Positions 1 through 28,054 of a DNA stretch of 64,000 nucleotides are shown here, one piece after another. The first letter of the stretch is position 1, and the number at the start of each line of letters is the position of its first letter. The position numbers were made by a program, and so were the translations under genes. A model generated the notes under the pieces. That model ran no database searches. It worked only from the letters and a program-made list of their open reading frames with translations, and was not told where the DNA came from. The stretch covers positions 49,633,467 through 49,697,466 of the forward strand of contig NC_068992.1 in NCBI RefSeq assembly GCF_001194135.2, read 5' to 3'. This DNA comes from Octopus bimaculoides. Taxonomy: Eukaryota.

Positions 1-240
1 ATGTATATACATACATATCACACACATACCAAGATATATAAATATGCATAGATATCATACACATACACAGATATATATATATATATATAACATACATATA
101 CATATGAGGTATATATACATACCTATATATGTATACACACACACATACATATATATATATGCACACACATACATAAATGACATATATATATATAAATACA
201 ACTATATACATATATAAGAATTGCACACATACATCCACAC

Positions 241-276
<36 letters not shown>

Positions 277-462
277 ACACACACAAGTTTAATATCTCAT
301 ATACTGACCACCAACATTACACCATAATACTAAAGTCCTGACTGGTTGTTACATGACATGAAACAACCAATGAGCATCTTGGTAATTTCATAACCTTGCA
401 TAGAGTGCATGAGTTTGTATCTGCATATATACATGCGTGTGTGTATGTATGTGTATACATAT

Positions 463-470
<8 letters not shown>

Positions 471-541
<71 letters not shown>
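471..541. repeat. (AT)n microsatellite
   Basis: Direct reading; many further AT/GT/AAT/GAT tracts occur throughout. Confidence 0.95.
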
Positions 542-544
<3 letters not shown>

Positions 545-857
545 CACACATACACACAAAATAAATTCTATTAGTAGGGAAAGAAAAAATATAAATACAC
601 AATCACTTATACATCAATACACACTCACACACACACACGCACTCATGCTTAAATGTATATATGCAGATACAAATGCATATATTCATGTATAAGTACACAG
701 TAATACAAATATATATACACACACACAGAGAAATAAATACACACACACAAATATATAATTAAAAATATTAAACAACTGTTCTTTTTTTTTTAGCCTTAAA
801 ATTCTGCCATTGAATTCATTGTTAAATTATCACACACCACATTTTAATTCATAAGCT

Positions 858-15618
<14,761 letters not shown>

Positions 15619-15633
15619 TCTTGTTTACCTGCT

Positions 15634-15643
15634 GTCACGTGAC
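15634..15643. promoter_or_regulatory. Palindromic E-box GTCACGTGAC (USF/MiT-TFE CLEAR-type) 16 nt upstream of the PTAR1 ATG
   Basis: Exact 10-bp palindrome in a CpG-rich patch; function inferred. Confidence 0.45.
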
Positions 15644-18301
15644 CAGCTGACAGCCAGCGCCACCTTGAACGTAGAGTGCAGGGTTTCAATCCCCACCTCC
15701 GTCTAACCCTCAACGTTCTTCGTCATATATATACGGCAGGAAAAAAAAAATAGTGAAATCAGCAGCCAGGAACACACAAATAATAAAATAGCGCTTTCTA
15801 AAATAGCATTTTCATCGAATTTTCGTTGTGGTTGTTGTCTACTCTATTTGGAGTGAGGAATTTAGCAGAGAGCCGTTTTTACGTAACCCTGTTTCGATTA
15901 TAGGCTGTAACCTTTTTAGTTATGTAATTAACGTCATTTGCAAAGACATTTTATATCACATTCTAATTTTCATTCACCTAAAAATATTAGACGTATACGA
16001 GAGAATGAGTTTGTGTGTGTATGGAGAGAGACAGACAAGCAGAGAAAGAGAGAGAAAAAAATAAGTTTTGAAATACATAGAAGCAAACAATTAAACAAAG
16101 GACACAAACACACACATCTATGCGTATACATCTAGACATACGCAGTATGTGCACACGTGTACATGTATGTGCGTGTGTGCGCACGTGTTTATTTATGGTG
16201 ATAATTTGATTTAACTTTAATGATTTAATGCCTATTAGAAAGGTATAACTGGAATATCAGTTCACCTTCTAAATAATTTTTTTTTATATATATAATTAAT
16301 CTGTCATTGAATGGCAACCACAGTACAGTTCGTGAACCGGTTTCAAGTCTCGGTCGAAACACTGTTCACTCCACTTACGTCACAAGTTGTCCTTGTGAAT
16401 TGTATGAAGGTCACAACGCCCTGTTTTAACTTCCGCTTAAAATGTCAGGTTTAATGTCACTGCTACCAGTTGATTATATGCAGATCTAACTTTTGAATGG
16501 AGATATAATTAATTAATTAATTAATTAATTAATTGGTTGATTGAGTGATTGATTGGATGTGTATTACATTTACACAGACTGACTTCAGATGGATGAAAGA
16601 GGAAAAAGTCGATCCCATCAGAATTTTGAAACCAAAACAACATGACCTTGAACCAGACAGTAAATCATCTGGTATGGCTATCTGTTAAGTTGGTTGGTTC
16701 AACACCAGATAGTAGTAGTAGTAGTAGTAGTAGTAGTAATTGTCTCTCATTTTGGTAAAAGGTTTTGTGTGGAGGGCTGGTTGATCATATCAATGCCCAG
16801 AATTTGGTTCTTTATTTCATCAGCTTTGGAGGGATGAAAAGCATAGCTCACTTCTTTCTGCAGGATTTGAACACAGAACATAAAAGTGCTGGAAAGAACA
16901 GTGCAATGTATTTTCTCTGGTGCACTAATGATTTAGCTTGATGATAGTTTCAAATTTTGGCACAAGGCCTGCAATTTCTGAGGAGGATTACATCAACCAC
17001 AGTGTTCAACTGGTACTTATTTTATCAGGCCCAAAAGGATGAAAGGTATATTTGATCTCAGCTGAATTTGAACTCAGAACATAAAGAATCAGAAGAAATA
17101 GGCATTTTGTCCAATGGGGTAATGATTCTACCAGCTCACTACCTTAATGATAATAATAATGATAACGATAATTTCTTTTATTAACCGTAGGGATATAGAT
17201 GAAGGGAACCTTCACAAGAACAGTCATCAATCTGTGATAGGGTTTACATAAACAGTAAGGAGAAAGAAATTTGGTCTGTTTAACACAATGGATTGAGGAA
17301 AAAGACAATAAGGAAATCTAAAAGCACAAAGGCTACACAAAACCATAAACGACACACCTGGTATGTAGTTGCAGGCCACCTAAGGCTGACCTAGGCTATA
17401 CAACCACATCAATAAATATTTTCTATATATTATTCATAAGATTAAAAGAAGCATCTGCTCAGATGCTTATCACCATCACCATCATCATTTAACATCCTTT
17501 GTCCATGCTGGCATGGTTTGGACGGTTTAACCAGGGTTGGTAAGTTGAGGGTCTGCACCAGGCTCCAGTCTGATTTGGTATGGTTTCTACAGCTGGATGC
17601 CCTTCCTAATGCCAACCACACTGAGAGTGTAATGGGTGCTTTTACATGCCATCAGCATGGGTGCCAGTTGCATGACACCAGTATCTCCCACGACTATAAT
17701 TTCACTTGGCTTGATGGGTCTTCTCATGCACAGCATATTGCCAAAAGTCTCGGTCATTTGTTATTGCTTCTGTGAGGCCCAGTGCTCAAAAGATGCCTTT
17801 TAATTGTCACTAGCATAGGGGCTAGTTATGTGACACCAGCATCAGCCACATTGCCTCCGTGAGGCCCAATGCTCGAAAAATATCTTAGAAATAGCAGTTA
17901 ACTCTCCTTGTCTAAGGGAAGACCCTCAGCTTACCAGCTCTGGTAATTCACTTCTACCCACTTTGTATCTTAAGATCTCATCACTACTATTTTTACGTGA
18001 TTGATCTATAAATTGATCAATGAGCATGAAGCTGTGGTGTGATATGGCTCATCAGATGATCTAAAATTCACTCACTTTTCACTCTGTAAAAGACTGTTTG
18101 GTGCCTAACTCAGCCAGTGACTTAGCTTTTTATCCCTTCAGGATCGATAAAATAAGTACCAGTTGAAAACTAGGGTTGATGTAAATGACTAGCCCCCTCC
18201 AACCACCAAAATTTCAGGCCTTGTGCCTGTTGTAGACAGGAGTATTTCCTAAGGGTTGCTTCTAGACCCAACTCATTTGTGTCAGGTGTACAGACTCATC
18301 T

Positions 18302-18630
18302 GTGGAGGCGCAATGGCCCAGTGGTTAGGGCAGCGGACTCGCGGTCATAGGATCGTGGTTTCGATTCCTAGACCGGGCGTTGTGAGTGTTTATTGAGCGA
18401 AAACACCTAAAGCTCCACGAGACTCCAGCAGGGGATGGTGGCGAACCCTGCTGTACTCTTTCACCACAACTTTCTCTCACTCTTACTTCCTGTTTCTGTT
18501 GTGCCTGTAATTCAAAGGGTCAGCCTTGTCACACTGTGTCGCGCTGAATATCCCCGAGAACTACGTTAAAGGTAAACGTGTCTGTGGAGTGCTCAGCCAC
18601 TTGCACGTTAATTTCACGAGCAGGCTGTTC
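18302..18630 (+). mobile_element. SINE family D copy, cut by an assembly gap
   Basis: Near-identical to the reverse complement of 5423-5805. Confidence 0.88.
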
Positions 18631-18809
18631 NNNNNNNNNNNNNNNNNNNNNNNNNNNNNNNNNNNNNNNNNNNNNNNNNNNNNNNNNNNNNNNNNNNNNN
18701 NNNNNNNNNNNNNNNNNNNNNNNNNNNNNNNNNNNNNNNNNNNNNNNNNNNNNNNNNNNNNNNNNNNNNNNNNNNNNNNNNNNNNNNNNNNNNNNNNNNN
18801 NNNNNNNNN

Positions 18810-20090
18810 GTATAACTACAGACTGGTCCCCTTCGACAACAATGTTTCCTTTCAGAAAAAAAAAAATTGCGTATTTTTTAATGAAACTTTGCAGAGATAT
18901 ATTTTCGAAAATATAGATTACGATTATATTGATTGATAATATTGGTTTCAAATTATGGTACAAAGCCAGCAATTTCGGGGTGGGTGGGATAAGTCGATAA
19001 CATCGACCCTAGTAATCAACTGGTACTTATTATTTTTTTTGCGTCCAAAAGAATGAAAGTCAAAGTAAACCGCGGCAGAACTTGCGAATATTAAAAATTA
19101 ATTTTCTTTTTTTTTCTTCGCTTACGTTTGTGGTTTCTTCGGTTTTGGATTTATATTAATGGGATTTTGTATTATATATGTATCATATGTGTGTGCGTGT
19201 ATGTGTGTGTTATATGTAATTATTAAATTCGAAGAATCGAAATAAAGTATAAGTGCTTTCTATAAAAAAAATTAGGTAATCTTTCGGTATATGGTGTTTA
19301 AAAAGTAAGTAAGAATTAAAGGGGGAATAACAAGGAGAGATAAATACGTCAACTCACTGTTAAACAACGTTGACATTGGCTGAAGCCACCAAAAAGTGAA
19401 CAAAAGTTTTTTTCTTTGGTACGGAATTCCTCCATATAAGCTGGTATAAATATGAGACGAATAAATTGTCTGACGTTCTAAATTGACGTCGTAATTTTCT
19501 TTTTACCCGCACCCATATATTCTCCACATTTTGCGTATGAACGTCGTTATTTGTCGGATCTACAAAGTTCTCTTGATGCACAAATCACTTCGTGGTTGGA
19601 CATACCGTTATTTAAGTATGAGAACCTAATTATTTCCTCTTTAATTTTTATTTATTTTAAAACATCGTATATTGACAGATTACCATAAATTAAAAAAAAA
19701 ACGTTTAAGGTGTTTTGAATTATTCCTCACCTACTTTTATTTCCTTATAACCTTTTAAAATGCGTGTTTTTAAGAGACGATTTTCAGAAATACTTTTCAG
19801 AGAGTGTTAATTATGTAATGTTAATGTTTGAAACATATAAGCCTGAAAAAGAAAAAAAGTGAAAATTGGTAAAATTACAGAAATTAGTTATCCTAAAGTC
19901 GAGGCAGCTGGGGGAGGGAGAAAAACGATCCAAAACTCTTCCGCAAGTTCGTTTTTTGTAAATCTTATCAATATAATTGTAATCTACATCATCGAAAACG
20001 TATTTCTGCAAAATTTCCTTAAATAATATGCAATTATCAAAGAGTTATGACAAAAACGGAAGTTTGTGGCACCAATCTGTATCTATACCC
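18810..20090 (-). mobile_element. Merlin (IS1595/ISXO2-like) DNA transposon remnant with a C-terminal transposase fragment
   Basis: ORF 19360-19581 HQENFVDPTNNDVHTQNVENIWVRVKRKLRRQF..SYLYQLIWR matches the NFVDP..HTQ.IE..W..K..SYL.EF.WR motif of Merlin transposases. TIR-like ends GTATAACTACAGACTGGTCCC / GGCACCAATCTGTATCTATACC. The left end abuts an N-gap. Confidence 0.85.
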
Positions 20091-20393
20091 ATTAATCGAG
20101 TTCTTACCCTCATACAACTTTGGTCAGTTGCTACAGCAACTGTCAATGTTTATTGTGGTACAACGAGATTTGATACTGAAGTCTCGGTTAAATCTCGTGT
20201 TATCTATCATGGCGTCTTACTCTGGTTTGTTTCTCCATTAACTTTCTTCTAAATTTCTTTCTTCCCTTCTTCATTTGATGTAATTTAAGAAAGAGGAGGA
20301 AATAACGATAATAGAAAATAAGCTGTTGTTTGTGATATTTTGTTAATCCAAATACAAACTCGTGGAAGCTGTGAGCACTGACAGTGTTTTATA

Positions 20394-21674
20394 ATGAATC
20401 CGTCATCATCGGCTTTCAATGATGATACATATTATCAACAGCATCACCAACGTGGCCAACAGAGGAGACCACTACCTCCACCACAACATCAACCATATGA
20501 CACAAATAATGACAACTTCTCTTCCAGACCCTATGGCGAGAACCAACGTGTGTTCCGCAACTTTCACCCTAGTGAACAACAGCACCGGGGGACCAGATAT
20601 AACCATCCTGATGAGGGAAGTTATTATAAAGATCGTGATATTGCGAGTGACTCCAAAAACTTCCCCCCACCTTACGGCCGAACTGAAGGAGCTTTGCCAC
20701 CGTATAATTATTCTGATCATCCAAGGTCTAGGCTTGAGCAAGGAAGTAATACTAACAACAGCAACAATAATAACACGAGGAACATGTTACATTCGAACTC
20801 TCGTCCACCAATCACTAATGACAACAACTATCCGCCGAAATACAGCAGAAGCGGTTTCAGAGCAGAACAGTTTCCTAACACTAACGTACCACCACCGCCG
20901 CCGCCGCCACGCCCACCACCATTACACATGCATCAACAAGTGACGACAAGGTTACCGTCACAGCCACCACCGACTCGTCCTCAACCACCGCTGCCACCAC
21001 CACCCATCAGGGACCAAGCTGGATTCTACTCGGGAGTGAATTACATTCCCCAACAGAAGAACGTTGCGACACCGGAGTATCCGGCCAACTTCAACCTTCC
21101 CCCTTTCCCCGGCCTCGACACATCGTGTCCCCCACCTTCCCTGCCGCCTCTGCCACCCCTACCATTACCACCGGTGATCCCCCATACTTCCTCTGCCCCA
21201 TCCTCTGCTGATCCATCACCACTGCCTCCACAGTATTTGAAACCTTGTTCTGCACCGTTGTATCTAGGTACCGACAGTTCTAATTCCATTGTTTCTAGCA
21301 TCCCATCCAATGCCACTTCTGTTCCCCCTCCTCCTCCTCTCGGTCCCAGTTTTATTTCTCCCCCGCCTCCTCCTCTGGCCGACACCTTAAATACGAATCA
21401 GTTACACGGGGATAATAATTTTAATAACACCCCATCATCAAACAGTGGACTGTCTGATGTGACTTTAGCGACATCAAACTTCAGTGTCCCACCTCCGCTC
21501 ACGCCAGTTTATGGTAGCAGGTTCCCACAAAAACCCGACAATTCTGTAGATTCTGAATATTCCCAAATCGACGATGCCTTACAACTCCAAAGACAACAAG
21601 ACAAAGAATGGATTAAGCAAAAGTTTTCCACGAAAATCCAGGACCTGCCCTCAAAGAAACCTTCAACCATGACG
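20394..21674 (+). CDS. PDCD7: PDCD7 exon 1 coding part (427 codons, Asn/Gln/Pro-rich)
   Basis: 444-aa ORF in the track; donor ACG|gtatgt at 21675. The start codon is inferred as the first ATG of the ORF. Confidence 0.85.
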
Positions 21675-24600
21675 GTATGTTCAGATTGGAAGATTTTCTT
21701 AGCATTTTATTGTTTAGCTCCAGATTGAACAGACAAATGAATGAATGTATTTGACTCCTGTCTTTGTTTCAGGCATAGTGTATCGAGGAAGACATTATCC
21801 AAAGTGTCTTCTTTCTCTTGCATAATAATTTGAAATGACAATCTTCATCTGACAGTGTAGCTGCTGATGTACAAAAAGACGAGATGGTCACATCTGGAAT
21901 ATCTCTGATCATAGGTCAGCTTGACCAAAGCTGCTAACACATACTCTAATTGACTTGTTATGATGAGTAGCATATAACAGCTATGTTAATGAAGATTGCT
22001 TTCTTTTTAAATTTAAATATCAGGACATTCTAGTGATTTGGGGATGTGGTACTCCAGGCTGTTATCATTCCCTAGTTAAATATGACTGCTTTTGAAATAA
22101 CTCTAACAACCAGGACTATAAATGATCCTTTCACACTAGTGTAAGATTGACAATGGCTAGGTCTGTGCATGTACATATCATATGAAAAATTGATAGTAAC
22201 CCAAAGTGTGCAGAGAAGCACGGTTTCATCAACTAATTTCATACCTCAATGTCCTCCAGTTAATAACGAGGATGATGGTGATAATTATCTTTATCCATCT
22301 ACCTTATCATGGTAATAAACTTTATTGGATCATTGGTTCAAAGAATATCTGGTATAATATATCGGTTTTTAAATTCAAATTTGTTATTCAGATCTGGGAA
22401 TCACAGAATCTTGTCCGTCAAATGCTGCTGACTGCTGGCCAACTTCATAAATTTAAGAAGACCCTAGAGAATATTCATGAAACTGCCACTGAAGAGGAAT
22501 GGTTGGCTGAAATTAGAAAAATTGAAACAACAAAGGTAACATATTTATATTTTATGCATGACACATCTTTTCACTGTTTTTGTTTTACATATTCCTTTTT
22601 TATTATGTTAATGTTGGTGAGATGATTCCTGCCAGCAAAATTGTTATTTTCAGTTGGATGTTCTATGCAGTTATTTGACCTGCTAGATATAGTTTATGTC
22701 TCCAGAAGATTGTCCTTTGCAGACATCCCTAATCATTTTGGTTTCTTCCATGTTGCCTCATTTTACAAAATCTAATCCTTTCATAATCCACACTCTCAAG
22801 TCTGCAGGTTTTTCTTAAATTAATTCTAAAACTCACTCATTACTGCATTTCCCTTTGTCATCTTGCTTACAACACTTTATGTTCACTCTATGGGGTGGGG
22901 AGTTGATCAGCTTTGCCTTTCGTTCTTTCAGTGTCTATAAAACATGGTACCACTTGAGTACTAGGGTTGATTTTTATTCTGATTCCAAAATATTGCAAGT
23001 GAGGTGTTGACTGTGATAAACCAACCAACCAACCAACATAAAGACAAAAACAAAAAAAATTGTATTGCTTATATATTCCTGAAAAACATTTTTTGTAGGA
23101 GACATTGGAAGATTTACGTCGGAAAATCACTGATAAAAATCTGATTGAAGAACTGGAAAAGAAGATGAAAGCAAGACTAAAGAAACGGGTGAGTTTAATG
23201 ATTGTTTTACTAACTGATCTATGTGACCAAGATGTCTGCAAAGGCAGACATCACCCTGACATTTCATCTGTTCATGCCCTGTTTCTTATGGGGGATATTT
23301 CCAGTTTCATTAGCAACAATGTTAAAACTCAGAGTTGCCTAAAGCATTTCATGAGATATTATTACTACTAGTGCATGACCCCTTGTTTTATACCTGGAAT
23401 AAGTAATTCTTTCATTGAAATACAGGTATATATATATATATATATATATATTTATTCCACAAAGGATTAAGCAAAGGAACATAAAACAGTATTGAAATAA
23501 AAGAAACATTTCATAGATCAAAATATATGTTAGTTTTTAACTATTTTTCTACATGCAGCGTTATATACAACAAACCACAGACAGAAAATTTTGGCAGCCA
23601 ATGTCTGTAATTTTAGAGAATTTTACATCTTCATAATTGGGATGCTGGTGAGATCCTCTTGGTAGAGTAAATTTACAAGAATTTACCAGCAAGAATTTTT
23701 ACCTCTGATGAATTCCCAACTCCACTGAAGACAATATGCAACTGACCATGTGTGAACATGTTTGTAGTATTGTAAATATAGTTATTAAAAAATTCAGTAA
23801 GAGAAAAACAAATATTTATTCATAAGTTAAGAGATTCATCATTTTTTTTTGTTCCATTCTGTAATGAATTGCTCTCTTTTAAGAGAAAATAAACATGCAC
23901 ACAGAAGCAGACACACATATGGCAAGAGAGTTAGAGAGAGAGACAGAGAGTGTATTCGGTGAGAGCTCAAGATAAATAGTGATGGAATCCTCTTGTTGTA
24001 TCACTTGCTTACACTTTGTGAAACTATTCATTCTTCATTCATGACAAACTGTTCAATAATAAAATGAATTTTAAAATGGTTGTAAGCAAATAATCATCCA
24101 ACAACATTCTGAAATGATTGAATGTGAGAAACTGAAGTGGACATTGCCTGTGAGTCATCTAGGTTACTTGTGTATTGAGTGAGAGATTGAGGTAAAAACA
24201 GTGATAGGAAGATAAGCAAATAGATAGATACATGGCATTTCTTATTGTGAGGAAAGTAACTTATTAAAATTTAACAGAGAAAAATGAGTATTTATTTATA
24301 AGATTCATAATATTTTCTTTCCATTTCCAGGGTCGATAAAATAAATACCAGTTGAACACTGGAGTCAATGTAATCGATTCATCCCCTCCCCCAAAAATGC
24401 TGCCGTTGTGGCTAGATTTGAAACCATTATTATTATTATTGTTGTTATTATTCCTACTAGGATAATGTTTAGCAGCATTTCATCTATTTGCATGTTCTGA
24501 GTTCAAATTCTACTGAAGTCAACTTTGCCTTTCATCCTTTCAGGGTTGAACACTGGGGTTGATGTAATCAACTCATCCCCATCTTCCCCAAGCTGCCCTT

Positions 24601-27600
24601 GTGGTAAAAACTTGAAATAATAATGATAATTATTATTATTGTAATTATTATTATTATTATTAAGGCAGTGAACTAGCAGAATTGTTTGTGTTGAACAAAG
24701 TGGCATTTCATCTGACTCTACTTTCTGAGTTCATATTCTGTCACGGTTAACTTTGTCTTTCATCCTTTCAGAGGCGGTAAAGTACTTTCAAAATCGTTGG
24801 CCTTGTGCCAAAATTAGAAGGTTATATAAATACATACATATATATTATTTATTTAAAAAAGAATCTATATTGTCTGTCATATCTGAAACTTTAACTGAAT
24901 TCCTATTTGGTTGCAGTATGTATGGCTCAAGCTTCCCTGGTGTGACCTATTGGAAATAATACATGGTGTACCTTTAGGAAGTCTATATTCCATTTTGACT
25001 GACCAATCTAGGCAGTTACATCACTTGCCTGTTTCAGCCTAGTGCCTCTTTAAAAAAAAAAAAAATCAGATAAAACAAAACATATATCCTTTGTTTAAAA
25101 CAAAAATTACATTAATGCTTTGGCTAATATATCAAAGTTGATCAAAGAATGGGCTTCGAAACTCATATATCCTTTTACTTGGAATATCCTTTACATTAAA
25201 GCACAATATTTGTGTGTCAGGGAGTGAGATTTTTTTATTTTCTTTTTATTGTAAGTTCAAACAATTATGTGTTTCTAGTGACCATCCCTATCAGTGCCTT
25301 TTTGTATTTCTGCAATATAAGTGGATATCATGTTTATAACATGTATTGATAGGTTATTGTTATCATACACTTAAAGATGCGCGATAGCAACATTATATTA
25401 TCATATTGATGGGGTGTACCTTGATGTCATGTTATACAACATGTCGTGTTATATAGTATGTTTCTTTTTGATAGCTTGTTATTATAGCTGATATCATGCT
25501 GTTATAGCATTTCTTGATATCCTATTATTCCTTCTGTTAATATTGTTTACAGAACTAAGGTAGCAAGCTGGCTGAATCGTTTGCATGCCAGGTAAAAAAA
25601 TGCTTCACTGCATTTCATCCATCTTTATGTTCTGAGCTCAAATTCCACCAAGGTTGACTTTGCCATTCATCCTTTTGGGATCAATAAAATAACTACCAGT
25701 TGAACCCAGAGGGTCAATGTAATCGACTTAACCCCTTCTCCTAAAATTGCTGACCTTGTGCCAAAATTTGAAATCAATATTGTTTACAGAACTTGTTGAT
25801 ACAGCACATGTCTGTATAAATTGCTATTACATCTGATGATATTACAGTCACTGCATGTGTTGATATCACATTGTTATGATGATTGTTATAGCCTTTGAAA
25901 GTATAACACTGATATTATTATAGCATATGTCAATATTGCACTGTTATGGCATTGTACTAATATCATGTCGTAGCTCATATTGATATTATGTAATTGTGCA
26001 TTAGCCAATATGTTATATGTTGATATCACACTGTTGTGCAATGGCCAACATTACACTGTTATAGCATATGTTGATTTTACTGTTTTAGCATGTGTCAATA
26101 TTGTTATGGTATGTGTTAATATCACTGTTATTGCACATGTCAGTATCACTGTTTTAACATGTCAATATCACTGTGTAATGGCATATGTTGATACCATGTT
26201 GTGCATGTGTCAGTACTGTGTTGTTATAGCATATCAATATTGCATAGTCATAGCCTGTGTCATTATTGAACTGTTATAACACCCATTTATAACACATGTT
26301 GGCATCCATTATATAGATATAACATGTGTTTATATCATACTGCTATAACACTTCTAACACTTGTTGGTATCATCTTGTCACTATAGCTATATATTTTGAC
26401 ACTACAGCAAATATTCTATTTGGGTCCAAACAACTTCACCAAATTCCACCAATAATAATTCCAAGTTTGATGGTAACACTTTTTTTTCCTTGCCTGAATA
26501 TCTTCAACTTCTATGAAGCATAAGTCAGCTACGGGCATCACATTTCCTTCTTAGCTCATAAATTAATTGAATTCATTAATAAATATTTATTTTTTCTTTT
26601 AAAGCTGTGATGAAGATTCAACTTTCAGTCAGTGGTATTCATTGGTTGGATGTACAATCAAACCAACCAATGACTAACAAGGTGGAAACATTTGATACTG
26701 TCTCTGTTATGTGTACACACATCTTTTATAATGACATGGTTTTTTTTTATGTTGTTTGTTTTAGCTGTAATTTATTTGTATTTCACCATTTTATATTTCT
26801 TTATTCTTTCCTTCTTTAGCTCTCACACAAACACACACACACACACACAGATAGAAAGGAAAATAAACACAGGTATGCATAACATGTGTATATACACATG
26901 GAATACAAAATGCAGATTACAAAATAAAGAAAACAAAAGGAGTTATATAACAGTCTTGTCTCGAAAGCTGATTTGGGAGATCAGTGACTTATGCCATAAT
27001 CAAATTCATACATAACAGCTATGCATGATGTCATAGGTGTTTGTAACAACATAAGTTTCTATGAACTTGTTTAAGCTAGGCCTGGTGATCCTCCTTCGGA
27101 GAAGATTATTTTTTATTCCATAATTTGTATTTCACATAAACATACTCTGAGTGGTTGGCATTAGGAAGGGCATCCAGCTGTAGAAACTCTGCCAAATTAG
27201 ATTGGAGCCTGGTGTAGCCATCTGGTTTCACCAGTCCTCAGTCAAATCGTCCAACCCATGCTAGCATGGAAAGCGGACGTTAAACGACGACGATGATGAT
27301 GATGATGATACGGATTGAGCCTACCCATGTTTATCTGCCTTTCTATCTACATAACAGCTTGGCAAGGATCATTCTTAAAGCTAAGGTATTGGCTCTGGAT
27401 GAAGAGGTTGGAGTAAAAATTCTTAATAATCCGAGCACTACCCCCTTATTCTCAATACCATGCTTACATTGCATTCTCCTACATCACCATCACCATCACC
27501 ATCATTTAACGTCCGCTTTCCATGCTGGCATGGGTTAGACAGTTTAACTGGAACTGGTAAACTGAAGAGCTGCAGCAGGTTCCAGTCTGATTTGGCAGGG

Positions 27601-27984
27601 TTTTTAACCCCTAACCCTAATGCCAACTACTCCAAAAGTGTAATGGGTGCTTTTTACATGCCACTGGCACGGGTGCCATGACTACAATTTCATGGGTGCT
27701 ATTTACATGACACTGGCCATGACTGTGGGTTTCATTTGGCTTGACAAGTATTCTCAAGCCCAGCATATCGCCAAAGGTTACATCGCCTCTGTGAGGCCTG
27801 ACATTTGAAGATTATGCTCCACATCATCCCTCACCTCCATGAATCTCAACATTCGAGGATCATGCTACTGACAACGGCCACGATTACGATTTACATGACA
27901 CTGGCAATAACCATATATATATATATCGTCCAACCCATGCTAGCATGGAAAGCAGACGTTAAACGATGATGATGATGATGATGA

Positions 27985-28054
<70 letters not shown>

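Noticed and set aside
317-602. ORFs made of YI/ER/HT/CV/NN runs (also 6524-6768, 14613-14963, 62631-63007 and others)
   Set aside because: They are translations of AT, GA, CA and AAT microsatellites with no coding signal.
18302-18378. tRNA-Arg-like sequence with A and B boxes
   Set aside because: It continues into a 300-bp SINE body repeated three times in the window, so it is a SINE head and not a tRNA gene.
18526-18972. ORFs spanning N-gaps (also 28977-29384 and 44531-44741)
   Set aside because: Their length comes from unknown bases; the flanks are SINE, Merlin or microsatellite sequence.
20419-21385. Alternative-frame and antisense ORFs (174, 89 and 114 aa) over PDCD7 exon 1
   Set aside because: They are by-products of the stop-poor, Pro-codon-rich exon and have no independent features.
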